DNA of 64,000 bases from an uncultured Caldisericales bacterium (GTDB lineage Bacteria; Caldisericota; Caldisericia; JAAYUI01). Location: contig CAZTGD010000006.1 in the NCBI GenBank assembly GCA_964613055.1, positions 5,340-69,339 on the forward strand, read 5' to 3'. The notes under the pieces were generated by a model. It was not told where the DNA came from. It saw nothing but the letters and a program-made list of their open reading frames with translations, and did no database searches. The position numbers and the translations under genes are program-made. Positions 8,471-18,833 of the stretch are shown in pieces. The first letter of the stretch is position 1. The number at the start of each line of letters is the position of its first letter.

Positions 8471-9730
8471 ATGAAATCAACCTTTTTTATCCACACACTT
8501 GGCTGTCAGATGAACAAGGCTGACTCCGAGTTTTATGCGTCAGTATTGAAGAGTATCGGATATGAGGCATCCGATGAGCAATCAGCAGATATCATGATGG
8601 TGAACACTTGTGCTGTTCGACAGGCATCCGTTCACAAGATGGAGTCACTCATTGGTAAGTGGGTTGCCATGAGAAATAAAACAGGCAAACCAAGAAGGAT
8701 AGGTGTCATAGGTTGTGTGCCAGCCATCGATATTCAGTCATTCAAATCCAACCATCAGCAGGTAGATTTTGTCATCGGTACCTACCCCAACAAGGATCAG
8801 ATGATAGAAGCAATGAAGGATACATTTGAGTTTGCGAGTAGTATAAATCTTAAAACAGAATCTCAAGTTTCTGCATACGTTCCGATAACCTCTGGTTGTA
8901 ACTGTTTCTGCACATATTGCATTGTCCCCTATACGAGAGGGCTCCTCAAATCTAGAAATGAGGATGAAGTTCTTGATGAGGTAAAAAACAGAATATCGAA
9001 CGGAGCAGTTGAGATTGTGCTTCTCGGTCAGAATGTCAATGAGTTTGGACTGGATAAAGGCGATAAGCACGGTTTCATAAAGTTGCTTGAGCGTATCGAC
9101 AGTATAAAAGGTTTGATGAGACTAAGATTCATAACCAGCCATCCAAAAGATATGGATGACCATACTATCGAAAGGATGTCAAAACTTGATAGACTCGCGC
9201 CTTACTTCCACCTTCCAGTTCAATCCGGTTCAGATGATATACTCAGACGGATGGCTAGGGGATATTCAAAAGATCAATACCTTCATCTCGTCAAAAAGAT
9301 AAGAGAAGAGTTTCCAGTGTGTGCAATTACAACGGATACAATCGTTGGATTCCCTGGCGAGACCGAAGGGCAGTTTCAAGAAACGTTAGATTTGATGGAT
9401 AATGTGCAATTCGATCAGGTTTTCTGTGCCATGTACTCTCCAAGACCAAAAACAGCCGCCCAGAAAATGACTGGAAGATGCACCAGTGAAGAACTCCACA
9501 GGCGAATAAACCTTCTACTGGAGAAACAGAAGGTCATCGGCAAACGAATTACAAACAACTACCTGAACACTCATACAAAGGTTCTCACTCTCAGCTACAC
9601 TGACAATAATACAACAGGCATCAATGAAAGAGGAAGGTTTGTAGAGATAGATGGAAGACACCCAATCGGCAATATTGTTAATGTTTTCATCAAATCCGTT
9701 GACGGAAGGCTGAAGGGGATAATCGTCTGA
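8471..9730 (+). CDS. MiaB/RimO-family radical-SAM methylthiotransferase. Size and context suggest an MtaB-like tRNA ms2t6A enzyme.
   Basis: N-terminal MTTase domain (FIHTLGCQMNKADSE). Radical-SAM CxxxCxxC (CNCFCTYCIVP). C-terminal TRAM-like segment. 419 aa. Confidence 0.8.
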   Translation: MKSTFFIHTLGCQMNKADSEFYASVLKSIGYEASDEQSADIMMVNTCAVRQASVHKMESLIGKWVAMRNKTGKPRRIGVIGCVPAIDIQSFKSNHQQVDFVIGTYPNKDQMIEAMKDTFEFASSINLKTESQVSAYVPITSGCNCFCTYCIVPYTRGLLKSRNEDEVLDEVKNRISNGAVEIVLLGQNVNEFGLDKGDKHGFIKLLERIDSIKGLMRLRFITSHPKDMDDHTIERMSKLDRLAPYFHLPVQSGSDDILRRMARGYSKDQYLHLVKKIREEFPVCAITTDTIVGFPGETEGQFQETLDLMDNVQFDQVFCAMYSPRPKTAAQKMTGRCTSEELHRRINLLLEKQKVIGKRITNNYLNTHTKVLTLSYTDNNTTGINERGRFVEIDGRHPIGNIVNVFIKSVDGRLKGIIV

Positions 9731-10947
9731 TGGATGCAAAAACATACGAGTTTGTAAGACATTGCGAGAATAATCTGATTGATAGATTTGCCGATGTTGA
9801 CCAGATTGGTGACATTAACCTGGAAAAGGTACTTTATGCTTTCAGAGTAGTCGGTTTGACCACCTCAGACCTTGCAGGTTCTACTGGCTATGGACTGGGG
9901 GATGCGGGACGCGACAAACTTGAACGGGTATTCTCTCATGTCTTCGGTACAGAATCAGCACTGGTTCGACCACAGATAGCATCGGGAACCCATGCCATTG
10001 CTTCAGTGTTGTTTGGTCTCTTACGACCTGGAGATAGAATGGTATCCATAACAGGTCGACCGTATGACACGCTTGAAGAGGTGATTGGTATCCGTCAATC
10101 AAGAGGTTCTCTTGCTGAGTTTGATATTGATTATGCAGAATGCGACTGGAGACTCGAACAGTCGACAGATTCCCTTGACGAACCTACCAAAATCGTCTAC
10201 ATCCAGCGCTCCAGCGGGTATCGACCAGGTCCCTCCGTTACCATCGAACAACTCGAAGACTGGATAAACAGAATAAAGGTCAGATCCCCACAATCTGTCA
10301 TCGTCGTAGACAACTGCTACTGCGAATTCGTAAGTGTAAAAGAGCCTGCTGATGCAGGGGCTGACATCACCATAGGATCGCTTATCAAGAACCCTGGCGG
10401 AGGCATCGCCCGAACGGGTGGTTACATTGCTGGCATAAAGGATCTTATAGACAGGATCGCAACTCGAGTAACCGCCCCTGGTGTTGGTGCTGAAATCGGT
10501 GCTACATGGGGATTCCTAGATTCTTTTTTCCAGGGTATCTACGTCTCACCTCCAGCTGTTGCCTCAGCAGTCAAAGGGGCAATCCTCATTTCTGAATGCC
10601 TTTCTCAGTTGGGTTATGGTGTCTACCCAAAGATCACCGATGACAGGGCAGACATAGTAACATCGATTGAGCTACCTGACAGGGAGTCATTCATGGCTGT
10701 TGGATCAGCCATTCAAACCATGTCTCCTCTCGACTCAACGGCAATTCCAGAACCGTTTCCTCAGGGTGGCTATACAGCAGATGTAATGCTTGCAGGTGGA
10801 GGATTTGTGTCTGGCTCTACACTTGAGCTTTCTGCAGATGGTCTTGATAAATCACCATACACCATCTATATTCAGGGTGGTGTGAATATGAATCATATTC
10901 GTCTGGGGTTATCTAATATTATCTCAGCTCTCGAAAGGGTGCGATGA
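9730..10947 (+). CDS. Methionine-gamma-lyase-family PLP protein (aluminium-resistance / YnbB-like)
   Basis: GYGLGDAGRDKLERVFSHVFGTESALVRPQIASGTHAI closely matches the conserved YnbB-family N-terminal region. Confidence 0.8.
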   Translation: MDAKTYEFVRHCENNLIDRFADVDQIGDINLEKVLYAFRVVGLTTSDLAGSTGYGLGDAGRDKLERVFSHVFGTESALVRPQIASGTHAIASVLFGLLRPGDRMVSITGRPYDTLEEVIGIRQSRGSLAEFDIDYAECDWRLEQSTDSLDEPTKIVYIQRSSGYRPGPSVTIEQLEDWINRIKVRSPQSVIVVDNCYCEFVSVKEPADAGADITIGSLIKNPGGGIARTGGYIAGIKDLIDRIATRVTAPGVGAEIGATWGFLDSFFQGIYVSPPAVASAVKGAILISECLSQLGYGVYPKITDDRADIVTSIELPDRESFMAVGSAIQTMSPLDSTAIPEPFPQGGYTADVMLAGGGFVSGSTLELSADGLDKSPYTIYIQGGVNMNHIRLGLSNIISALERVR

Positions 10948-11339
10948 AACGACTGGATGTTTCAACCAACAAGAGAGAGGAATTTATAGACATTACACAC
11001 CTGATATCTTCAGCTTGTGCAGAATATGGGTGGAGCAGTGGTGTGCTAACCCTGTTCGTACCCCATACCACCTGTGGTATCACCATAAACGAAAATGCAG
11101 ACCCACATGTAAAAGAAGACATGAACTCTTATCTTTCGAAACTAATCCCTCAATCTCAATATTTCAAACACGCTGAGGGGAACTCTGATTCACACATTAA
11201 AGCATCGCTTGTTGGTTCATCAGTTTCCCTGATAATAGAAGATGAGAATCCTAAACTCGGCACATGGCAAGCTGTATACCTTGCTGAGTTTGATGGACCA
11301 CGAAGGAGAAAAGTTTGGCTGAAATTTCAAATGGATTAG
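10944..11339 (+). CDS. YjbQ/UPF0047 family protein (secondary thiamine-phosphate synthase-like)
   Basis: HTTCGITINENADPHV...HIKASLVGSSVSL...GTWQAVYLAEFDGPRRR are family-typical motifs. Confidence 0.75.
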   Translation: MKRLDVSTNKREEFIDITHLISSACAEYGWSSGVLTLFVPHTTCGITINENADPHVKEDMNSYLSKLIPQSQYFKHAEGNSDSHIKASLVGSSVSLIIEDENPKLGTWQAVYLAEFDGPRRRKVWLKFQMD

Positions 11340-11932
11340 TACTGGGCATCATTTCTGCCACTCATCCTCAGTATGTTTTCCTAGCTGAAGACAACTCTAT
11401 TCTTATTGAGAAAAAGCTTGTTAGAACAAGGATGACAGGGAACAGAATCATACCCAGCGTTCGGTCTTGCCTCGATGAGATAGGTTGCGGGATTCAATCA
11501 GTCGATACATTTCTCGCATTATCAGGACCAGGAAGCATGACCGGTATACGCGTTGGACTTGCTCCTGTCAGGGCTTGGGCATACACGAGCGGCAAAAGCG
11601 TTGTCACCCTTGATACACTTTCGGTTTTAGCGGAGGGATTTGAGAGACCAACACTAGCGCTTATGTCTGCCGGACAGGTCAATTGGTGGATTCAGGCATT
11701 TTCAGGTTCTATTTCAGATACACCACGACTTGTAGACAGAAGCAAGCTTTATGATTACGACAAAGTTGATTGGAATTGGGTCACGCCAAGTAGAATTGAA
11801 CCTAAACATGCAAAGAAGATAACTCAATCACCAACCCCTACACAGGTGCTTTCATCCATGAACTCTGCGCCTGCAACAAACTGGGTGAAAGCTAGACCCA
11901 GATACCTTTTTGAGCTTTCAAAGAATGGATAA
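11315..11932 (+). CDS. tsaB: tRNA t6A biosynthesis protein TsaB (inactive Kae1/TsaD paralogue)
   Basis: ASKHA-fold N-terminal region (LGIISATHPQYVFLAED). It is adjacent to tsaD. The exact start is uncertain, since the ORF overlaps the yjbQ 3' end. Confidence 0.7.
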   Translation: MAEISNGLVLGIISATHPQYVFLAEDNSILIEKKLVRTRMTGNRIIPSVRSCLDEIGCGIQSVDTFLALSGPGSMTGIRVGLAPVRAWAYTSGKSVVTLDTLSVLAEGFERPTLALMSAGQVNWWIQAFSGSISDTPRLVDRSKLYDYDKVDWNWVTPSRIEPKHAKKITQSPTPTQVLSSMNSAPATNWVKARPRYLFELSKNG

Positions 11933-11983
11933 ACAATTGAATAATGTAATCAATATAATTCAAATAAGGATTACAGAACACCA

Positions 11984-12979
11984 ATGATTTCACTTGGTAT
12001 TGAAACCTCTTGCGATGATACAGCTGTTGGTATAGTCGATGGTGTAGATATCATTGCGCAGGTCAAATCATCACAGGACAGGGTACACGCCGAGTGGGGT
12101 GGCATCGTTCCTGAACTAGCATCTCGTGCTCATCTGGAAAACATAATCCCAATAATAGATGTTGCCATGAAGGATGCGGGTTTAACAAAGGATGGGATTG
12201 ATATCATCTCTTGTACCTATGGACCTGGATTGGTCGGCTCATTACTGGTTGGCATTGAGACAGCCAAAGCTTTGAGTTATATCTGGAACAAACCACTGGT
12301 CGGGGTTAACCATCTGCGTGGGCATGTCGCTTCAGCGATGCTTGCCAATCCTGAGATGGAACTACCATCGCTCGGATTACTCATCTCAGGCGGACACACT
12401 GAAATAATAATGTTCAATCCTGATTTCACACTCAAGCTCATATCGACAACGAGAGATGACTCTGTTGGTGAGAGTCTCGACAAGTTTGGAAGGGTGCTTG
12501 GTCTTTCATACCCAGCAGGACCTGAGCTGGACAGGATGTCTCTGATTGGTGATTCCTCAAAAGTAGAGTTACCCACGGTCAAACTCAAGGACAATAGTCT
12601 GGATTTCAGCTTCTCAGGTCTCAAAACAGCAGGTATCCGGGCAATACAGCGCTATCCAGAATTACCTAAAAGAGACCTTTCAGCCTCATTTATGAAAGCT
12701 ATTAGCAATCAATTGTTTGATAGATTGATGACAGCTACTGTTCGATACAAACCAGAATCCATTTTCTCTGTTGGTGGGGTTTCAGCAAGCAGGTATATTA
12801 GATCGCGTATAAAGAGTTTCTGTGAAACTATGAATCTTCCATTGCATGTACCACCAACAGAATTATGTACTGATAATGGTGCAATGATTGCGTATTGTGG
12901 TTTACTCTACTACCGATTCGGTATTAAATCAGGTCTTGGTCTTCAACCTATATCCAGACTCCCGCTTGATTCTGTCTGA
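11984..12979 (+). CDS. tsaD: tRNA N6-adenosine threonylcarbamoyltransferase TsaD
   Basis: GIETSCDDTAVGIV signature. Metal-binding H..H motif (VNHLRGH). 331 aa. Confidence 0.9.
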   Translation: MISLGIETSCDDTAVGIVDGVDIIAQVKSSQDRVHAEWGGIVPELASRAHLENIIPIIDVAMKDAGLTKDGIDIISCTYGPGLVGSLLVGIETAKALSYIWNKPLVGVNHLRGHVASAMLANPEMELPSLGLLISGGHTEIIMFNPDFTLKLISTTRDDSVGESLDKFGRVLGLSYPAGPELDRMSLIGDSSKVELPTVKLKDNSLDFSFSGLKTAGIRAIQRYPELPKRDLSASFMKAISNQLFDRLMTATVRYKPESIFSVGGVSASRYIRSRIKSFCETMNLPLHVPPTELCTDNGAMIAYCGLLYYRFGIKSGLGLQPISRLPLDSV

Positions 12980-12995
12980 CCTCAATTACAATATG

Positions 12996-13023
12996 TTGAC
13001 AAGTTAAATTGTAAGGTTAAACT
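12996..13023 (+). promoter_or_regulatory. Candidate sigma70-type promoter for the two-component operon
   Basis: TTGACA (12996-13001), 16-nt spacer, TAAACT (13018-13023). SD AGGAGG lies before the ATG at 13047. Confidence 0.3.
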
Positions 13024-13046
13024 GTTGATAGTCAGGAGGCTCCGAT

Positions 13047-13802
13047 ATGGCCGAAAGAACAAAGAAAGAGAAGAAGAAGATACTGATAATCGAGGATGAG
13101 TACCGCATTGTTGAGTCTCTTAAATTCAACCTCGAGGGTGAGAATTACAGTGTATATCATGCATCACTTGGCAAGGAAGGTTTGGAGCTTTTCAAGAGAC
13201 GAAAACCGGATTTAATTCTCTTAGACCTCATGCTCCCCGAGGGACAGAGTGGAATCGATATACTCAGGCGTATCAGGCAAGAAGATCCGAGTGTACCTGT
13301 GATAATTATAACTGCAAAGACAACTGAGATTGATGAAGTTGTTGGCATGGAGATGGAGGCTGATGATTACATTACCAAACCTTTCTCAATGGCAGTTCTG
13401 AAATCTCATATAAAGAGAAGACTCAAGGTAGCCGAGCAGAAAGGTGCCGCCGAAGAGAAGGAAGAAGAACGCAAGGAAATCACGAACGGCGATATCTATA
13501 TGAACTATGCACAGCGTGAATGCAAAGTTCGAGGCAAACCGGTCAAGCTCGGGTATAAGGAATTTGAGATCCTCTGGTATCTTGCATCCAACTCCAACCA
13601 AGTCTTCAAGCGTGAACAGATCATGGAAGAGGTTTGGAAAGTAGATCAACCACTGGATACAAAAACAGTTGATGTCCATATTAGGTGGATAAGGAAGAAG
13701 ATCGAACCTAAGCCAGAGGCACCCAGATATATTGAAACGGTTAGGGGTGTGGGATACAAATTCTCCTCATCGCATCAGAGCCCACAAAACGATAACAGTT
13801 GA
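13047..13802 (+). CDS. OmpR-family response regulator (receiver + winged-helix)
   Basis: Receiver motifs (ILIIEDE, DLILLDLMLP, ITAKT). C-terminal trans_reg_C-like region. Confidence 0.85.
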   Translation: MAERTKKEKKKILIIEDEYRIVESLKFNLEGENYSVYHASLGKEGLELFKRRKPDLILLDLMLPEGQSGIDILRRIRQEDPSVPVIIITAKTTEIDEVVGMEMEADDYITKPFSMAVLKSHIKRRLKVAEQKGAAEEKEEERKEITNGDIYMNYAQRECKVRGKPVKLGYKEFEILWYLASNSNQVFKREQIMEEVWKVDQPLDTKTVDVHIRWIRKKIEPKPEAPRYIETVRGVGYKFSSSHQSPQNDNS

Positions 13803-15520
13803 GTTTTTGGGTCAGGCTCTTCCTGACCTTCACACTATGCCTGCTATTTACTCTCTTGTTACTTGGGGCATACGTTTATTTTGCTATCTCCAGTAATATT
13901 GCAGAAAGACTTACCATTGATGCTTTTACGCTGAAAGCATGGGTGAAATACGATATAAGTAACGGGTTAGCTGATTCAAGTCTTGCTGATTTAGAGATAT
14001 ACCTTACAGAAAAATATTCGAAAACCATCCCCATGTTTTTGGTAGACGAGGATGGTATCCTGTTCGAAACGAACAGACCTTCTGGTATTCATCCCATTAA
14101 TGATTACCCCGAGCTTGAGGCTACCTGGAACGGGGAAGAGGATAATTCAATAAGGATGATAGATGGCAGGCTGTATGTTGTAGTCGCGAGTCCCATTATT
14201 CATGAAGATGATCATGTTGCCAGCCTCGTCATTAACTACCCTGCTGATGCACTAGTTAACCAGATCAGGGAATTGATTCAACTGATCATTGCAACATTCG
14301 TAACTGCTTTGATTATTGGGGCAATTGTTATTTATTTCACAACACGTTACCAAACAAAACCATTACTCGAGCTCATTGATGATGCCAGAGCAATAAGCGC
14401 TGGTGATTTCGAACGTAAATTCACATTGTTGGGTAATGATGAGATATCTCAGTTGTCACGCGCTCTTCAAATTATGGTCACTAGACTCAAAGCGGCACTC
14501 ACAGTCGCTCAAGAAGAAAAAAGTCGTTTTAATGCTATATTTACTCACATGATGGACGGGTTGATTGTTGCTGACATAGATGGAAGGCTCGTTCACGCAA
14601 ACGCCTCTTTTTTGACAATGTTTGGGTTGTCGCTCCCAGAACTTATTGGATTTGATGTCCGGCAGTGTAACCTTCCAGTTCAGATGAAAGAGAGTATCCT
14701 GTCTGCGGAGGGTGAAACCGTTTTGACAATTGACAAACCCAGCAAAAGAGTGATTCGCGTCAGGACAACAGCCATCGAGGGGGAAAGGGAGCTCGTAGGA
14801 TCGATTACAATCTGTGAGGACATTTCTCGAGAAAAGGAACTTGAGGCATCTGAGAGGGAGTTCACTCAGTACATTAGCCACGAGCTGAAAACACCGCTTA
14901 CATCACTTTCAGCGGCAGTTGAAACCCTTCAATTGATACCAGATGATGACAAGAAGAACAAAAAACGTTTTCTTGCGATCCTACTCGACGACATTGGACG
15001 ATTGAACAATCTCGTAACATCCATCATTGAGTTCCAAAAGAACAGGAATGTGGCTTTCGAACTACAGCGGTTTGGAGCAGTTGACCTTGCAATCGAGATA
15101 CAGGACAAGTACCTGGCGTACGCCTTCAAGAAAGGTGTGAACCTCGATATAAACATCCCAGACGATGAGGTGAAGGTAGTAGCCAATAGGGACAGAATAG
15201 TTCAGGTAATGATGAATGTCACCGACAATGCCATCAGATTTACACCGAAGGGCGGTAGGATAGTCATTGGAGTAAAACCTGGAGAAAACCGTGTTTTATT
15301 CTGGATCGAAGACAGCGGTATCGGCATTCCCAACAATTATATACCCAAACTCGGTGAACGATTTATTAAGATACCCAGGAAGGAACACAAATATGACACA
15401 CAGGTCGGATTGGGATTATCAATATGCATAGATATACTGAATCAACACGGGAGCAAGCTAGAAATTGAGTCGGAGGAGGGCAAGGGATCAAGATTCAGCT
15501 TCTATTTGAAAAAGGGGTAG
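13799..15520 (+). CDS. Sensor histidine kinase (2 TM + periplasmic sensor, HAMP, PAS-like, HisKA, HATPase_c)
   Basis: H-box SHELKTPL. N/G boxes (DNAIRFT, DSGIGIP, GLGLSI). 4-bp overlap with the RR gene. Confidence 0.85.
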   Translation: MSFWVRLFLTFTLCLLFTLLLLGAYVYFAISSNIAERLTIDAFTLKAWVKYDISNGLADSSLADLEIYLTEKYSKTIPMFLVDEDGILFETNRPSGIHPINDYPELEATWNGEEDNSIRMIDGRLYVVVASPIIHEDDHVASLVINYPADALVNQIRELIQLIIATFVTALIIGAIVIYFTTRYQTKPLLELIDDARAISAGDFERKFTLLGNDEISQLSRALQIMVTRLKAALTVAQEEKSRFNAIFTHMMDGLIVADIDGRLVHANASFLTMFGLSLPELIGFDVRQCNLPVQMKESILSAEGETVLTIDKPSKRVIRVRTTAIEGERELVGSITICEDISREKELEASEREFTQYISHELKTPLTSLSAAVETLQLIPDDDKKNKKRFLAILLDDIGRLNNLVTSIIEFQKNRNVAFELQRFGAVDLAIEIQDKYLAYAFKKGVNLDINIPDDEVKVVANRDRIVQVMMNVTDNAIRFTPKGGRIVIGVKPGENRVLFWIEDSGIGIPNNYIPKLGERFIKIPRKEHKYDTQVGLGLSICIDILNQHGSKLEIESEEGKGSRFSFYLKKG

Positions 15521-15531
15521 AAAGCGTCTAT

Positions 15532-16878
15532 CTAATCAACAGAGCCTGCCCATACGGCAACCAGCTCATCTTCTTGAAGTCTAAAACAGACAGACAGATT
15601 TGAATCACCTGGGAATCTCAACTCGAATCGATTACTGCCGGCTGGCAACCATGTTCCAATAATTGCTGTAAAATCTCCATTGGCAACTTCCGGGTTACTT
15701 GCAAACCCAAGTTCCCTTGTCCATGTGTACGTATTACATACTAAATCTCTGTACTCAAGATTTATCCCAAACACATCATCATATTGTACTACTGACAAAT
15801 TTTTCGGGAATACATCTATATTGTGTTGTGAGAGAATCTTGTTGTCTGAAAGGTCAATTACTACGAGCTTGTAACCAGTTGAAGAACATATAACCGTTGC
15901 AATCGTTTGTTCATCAATAAAGTCAATTGGACTCGCTTCACCATCAACGTGATTGAAAGCGCCCAAAGCCCACTTACCTTCCCATATTGGTTTTACAGAG
16001 TCACCGTCCAGCTCAACAACCTTTTGCCTACCTTCAGTTGTTATGTAATTCCAAATTGTGGTTTTGTCTGTTTTTCGACCATGAAAGGCTACATTTCCTT
16101 TGTATGTAGATACTACTTTATTATCGTTTATAAGCTGACAACTGCCTTCTTGAAAGGTGGTCAGTGAAATGTCATCATCAAACTCTCTAGCTCTTGGATA
16201 ACTCCAGAAGGGTCTCGAATCCATCCATTCCACTTCTTCAAGTTTTAACATAGCGTCAGTTAATGAGCCAAGGGAACAGACACCATAATCCCCATTATCA
16301 GAGCATACTGCGAGTCCAACTATGTCTACAAAGTTTGTATTCTCGTTAAAGCCTGCCAAAGGCATTATCTTTGTCCAATCTCCCGTTATAGGAGTCTCTT
16401 CCAGGTCAAATGTATGTGTTTCACCAGTGACAATGGAGGAGATCAAGCAAGTTGCATCAGACGCTTCTGGAACTGTTCGGATTCGGAATCCTTCATTGGT
16501 GAGAATGGGCTTGTGTTCAGCATCCACCTCTCTCTCGGTATCAAGCTTAATCGTGTATCTGTTGTCATCGCCCTTCATAACATCGACGAATACTCTTTTT
16601 GGAAGATAACCCACATGCGATACTTCAACATCTATTACACCTGGTTCTACTATGAGCTCATTAATAGGTGCGATATGAGTTGAGTCTTTGATAGAGACAG
16701 TGGCATTGTCTGGAACTGTAAAGATGGTTAATGTAGTTTCAGACTCACACGCAACAAGTAGAACACAAGCCACCAACGAGAGTGCCAACCACCATCTCTT
16801 AAACAGCGTACCCTTTAGATAGTTAGATAATTTACCGGAAAATACAGAAAGATGTGACATCAATCCACCTTGAACCAC
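15532..16878 (-). CDS. Secreted lipoprotein with an N-terminal PEGA-like domain
   Basis: Lipobox LVAC. PEGA-like pattern (FTVPDNATVSIKD...VSHVGYLPKRVFV). The N-terminal extension before the signal peptide suggests a later start. Confidence 0.5.
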   Translation of the reverse strand: MVQGGLMSHLSVFSGKLSNYLKGTLFKRWWLALSLVACVLLVACESETTLTIFTVPDNATVSIKDSTHIAPINELIVEPGVIDVEVSHVGYLPKRVFVDVMKGDDNRYTIKLDTEREVDAEHKPILTNEGFRIRTVPEASDATCLISSIVTGETHTFDLEETPITGDWTKIMPLAGFNENTNFVDIVGLAVCSDNGDYGVCSLGSLTDAMLKLEEVEWMDSRPFWSYPRAREFDDDISLTTFQEGSCQLINDNKVVSTYKGNVAFHGRKTDKTTIWNYITTEGRQKVVELDGDSVKPIWEGKWALGAFNHVDGEASPIDFIDEQTIATVICSSTGYKLVVIDLSDNKILSQHNIDVFPKNLSVVQYDDVFGINLEYRDLVCNTYTWTRELGFASNPEVANGDFTAIIGTWLPAGSNRFELRFPGDSNLSVCFRLQEDELVAVWAGSVD

Positions 16879-18287
16879 TCGATGAATTTCTGATACTCCA
16901 TTTCGTATCTGCCATCTTCATTCATCAACTTTATATTGAAGAAGTTGGTTTCACCTATGTATATCGTGACTATCTGGTTTGTCTGCTCTTCGTTGATTTC
17001 AAACTGAACAGCATCCTTGTCACCAAGCTTAACATGCTTCATCTCTCCAACATTCATACCAGGATCTTCCTGATAGAAAGAGTACATGATTTCGTTATCT
17101 ATACCGGAATATGTTGAAGCATCCTGGACGTCTATAGAAATGAATGAACTGTTAGAATTACCTGGGGGAAGAACAAAGGATTGAAGGTTTGAGACTTCAT
17201 CAAACGACCACCCTGCAGGAAGTGTTGCAACATATGTATCGGTTACTGCCTTCTCACCCTTTGGAACGGACTGATTCCCGTTTGTTTTATCCGGGTTGGA
17301 GTCCTGGTTCGAATCGTTTGCATTATCTCGATCTTCTCTGGCAATCTGACCAGGGTCCTTGTCCATAAAATAGGTGAATGAATGGATTATCTCGTTCATT
17401 ACATCATCTTCAACGGAATTGTGTACTGACAATACGAGCACCTTGCCCTTGAGTGGCATGTAGTATGATGAGTATCCATCAGCATCATCAGATCTAATCG
17501 AGGTATGTGTAAACACCTTCATTTCAGCAGAGGCTTTGTATTCATCAGAGCAATTCTCATCAAGCCACGATACAATTGAAGAGGGGGCTGATGGATTGGC
17601 AGATGGATAAGGGTAATCGGTTACTGTAAGGGCTGGTACGCCATCAAAATCGATAAACTCGATCAAGTTGTCTGTCTTTTCTATCTCCCAATCACTGTTA
17701 TAGTTCATAAACCAAAACTCGTTATCAAATATATCAAACTGTTGATTGTCCTGCCGTTGGGCGACATCTTCATATTTCCATTCTGTGATGATTGGCTTGA
17801 ATGTTCCACATGAAGCTTTTGCCTCCGCAAATTCACGGGCTTTATATTTGCCTGGGGAAACCTGCATTACATATACTGCACCGGTGATCGGGACAAAAAC
17901 TATAAGCCCCTTGCCGTTGTCATTTCTCGTCTCTATCCATCTCGATGGAATCGTCTCTTCGGCTTCTTCAGCTTTCAAAGGCAGAGATTCAAGTTTATCT
18001 GATATTACACTTTGATCACCTGTCATCATTTCAACAAGGGAAGAGGAGATTGAATTAATATAACGGAAACTAGAGTTCTTGTCTTCAACAACCCCATACT
18101 GAAGCATCATTCCACTGCTAACAATCCTTACTGCAGATTCCTCCTTATCAAGATCCCATTCTGATGGGTAATCAAACGAAAACAGATCACCATTATAACT
18201 CTTTGAAAGATTGATTTCCTTCGATGTACAGGAGGAAATCAAAATCATCACTAGCATCACGGCAATGACCTTGAAAATGTTTCTCAT
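16860..18287 (-). CDS. Lipoprotein, three tandem modules of the local paralogous family
   Basis: Lipobox ISSC. Modules begin FSFDYPSEWDL / FWFMNYNSDWEI / ATLPAGWSFDEV. Family C-motif DVMNEIIHSFTYFMD. Confidence 0.55.
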   Translation of the reverse strand: MRNIFKVIAVMLVMILISSCTSKEINLSKSYNGDLFSFDYPSEWDLDKEESAVRIVSSGMMLQYGVVEDKNSSFRYINSISSSLVEMMTGDQSVISDKLESLPLKAEEAEETIPSRWIETRNDNGKGLIVFVPITGAVYVMQVSPGKYKAREFAEAKASCGTFKPIITEWKYEDVAQRQDNQQFDIFDNEFWFMNYNSDWEIEKTDNLIEFIDFDGVPALTVTDYPYPSANPSAPSSIVSWLDENCSDEYKASAEMKVFTHTSIRSDDADGYSSYYMPLKGKVLVLSVHNSVEDDVMNEIIHSFTYFMDKDPGQIAREDRDNANDSNQDSNPDKTNGNQSVPKGEKAVTDTYVATLPAGWSFDEVSNLQSFVLPPGNSNSSFISIDVQDASTYSGIDNEIMYSFYQEDPGMNVGEMKHVKLGDKDAVQFEINEEQTNQIVTIYIGETNFFNIKLMNEDGRYEMEYQKFIEWFKVD

Positions 18288-18329
18288 AATCTCTCTCCTT
18301 CGTTTATAATGTTAACAGGATTTAAATTT

Positions 18330-18833
18330 TTATTCAAGGTTGGGTTTTTCAATATATTTGACTGAAGAAAGAACAATCCTCGCTCCTTCACTGAGTTTGT
18401 TGTTAAAATTCCCATAGGTAAACACGTATGCATCATCATCAAATGTGATAATATAGGAATGTGTTATTATGTTTTGTGTTATTGTTATCTTAGCGTATTT
18501 ATTCTCACCGAATTGAACTTCTTCTGGTTGAGAGATATTATCCAATTCATCCTGTACTTTTTTAGCAAAGTCCATGGATGGTAATTGAATATCTTCGATG
18601 AGTTGAACATCGATCACAAACGTATCTCCTGAGGTTCTGTTCGATTCAAGCGTTAAGGACTCCCCTTCCCCACTACTTACAACCCAATCCGCAGGTCTGT
18701 TGAACACGATGTTTTCAAAGACCTGCTCGGCTGTTTCAATCTCGCTTGTAAAGAAGTTATTTTCGCCACCACATGAAATAAAACAGGATATAACTATTAA
18801 GAAGAAAATAAGAGCAGTCGAGACTCTTCTCAT
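18330..18833 (-). CDS. Lipoprotein, single-module member of the paralogous family
   Basis: Lipobox FISC. IVFNRPADWVV start motif. Confidence 0.55.
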   Translation of the reverse strand: MRRVSTALIFFLIVISCFISCGGENNFFTSEIETAEQVFENIVFNRPADWVVSSGEGESLTLESNRTSGDTFVIDVQLIEDIQLPSMDFAKKVQDELDNISQPEEVQFGENKYAKITITQNIITHSYIITFDDDAYVFTYGNFNNKLSEGARIVLSSVKYIEKPNLE

